NCBI RefSeq assembly: GCF_006345805.1
Contig: NC_043000.1
Location: 132,990,001 to 133,054,000 of the forward strand
Direction of reading: 5' to 3'
DNA length: 64,000 nt
From: Octopus sinensis
Taxonomy: Eukaryota
Shown: positions 63,841 through 64,000 of the stretch, piece after piece
Position numbering within the stretch: the first letter of the stretch is position 1
How the letters are laid out: every line of letters starts with the position of its first letter
The notes under the pieces: model-generated
Seen by the model: the letters and a program-made list of their open reading frames with translations, nothing else
Databases searched by the model: none
Told to the model about the DNA's origin: nothing
Program-made: the position numbers and the translations under genes

Positions 63841-64000
63841 CATTAGACTATGACCATGCAGGGGGCACTATCTCAAAGGTACTTACTGTTTATTAAGTCT
63901 GGTACTTATTCTATCAGTTTCTTTTGCTAAACCACTAAGTCACAGAGACATGAACAAACCAACACCAACGTGGAGGTGCATGGCTTAGTGGTTGGGGTGT

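Overview
Repeat-dense, AT-rich eukaryotic DNA, most likely a coleoid cephalopod (Octopus-like). This is inferred from recalled SINE families, not from a database search. No host protein-coding gene could be recognised with confidence. Nearly all listed ORFs are artefacts of (TA)n, (CA)n, (GAT)n and other tandem repeats, or of transposon copies. The window holds four abundant SINE-like families, given working labels here: A, B, OR-like and N. It also holds TTAA-flanked piggyBac-type MITEs, hAT and Tc2/pogo-type MITEs, a deleted mariner, and Helitron/Helentron-like non-autonomous elements. Decayed coding relics come from a Ty3/Gypsy element, RTE LINEs, an R4/Dong-type LINE, a HERO-type LINE and a Penelope-like element. 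The most interesting observations are a near-canonical minimal hammerhead ribozyme motif (20099-20149), a 303-bp fold-back carrying a CCA-ended tRNA-like Pol III unit (31942-32244), a 191-bp palindrome (40723-40913), several nested insertions, and weak minus-strand small-exon candidates. I found no convincing evidence of a wholly new biological system.
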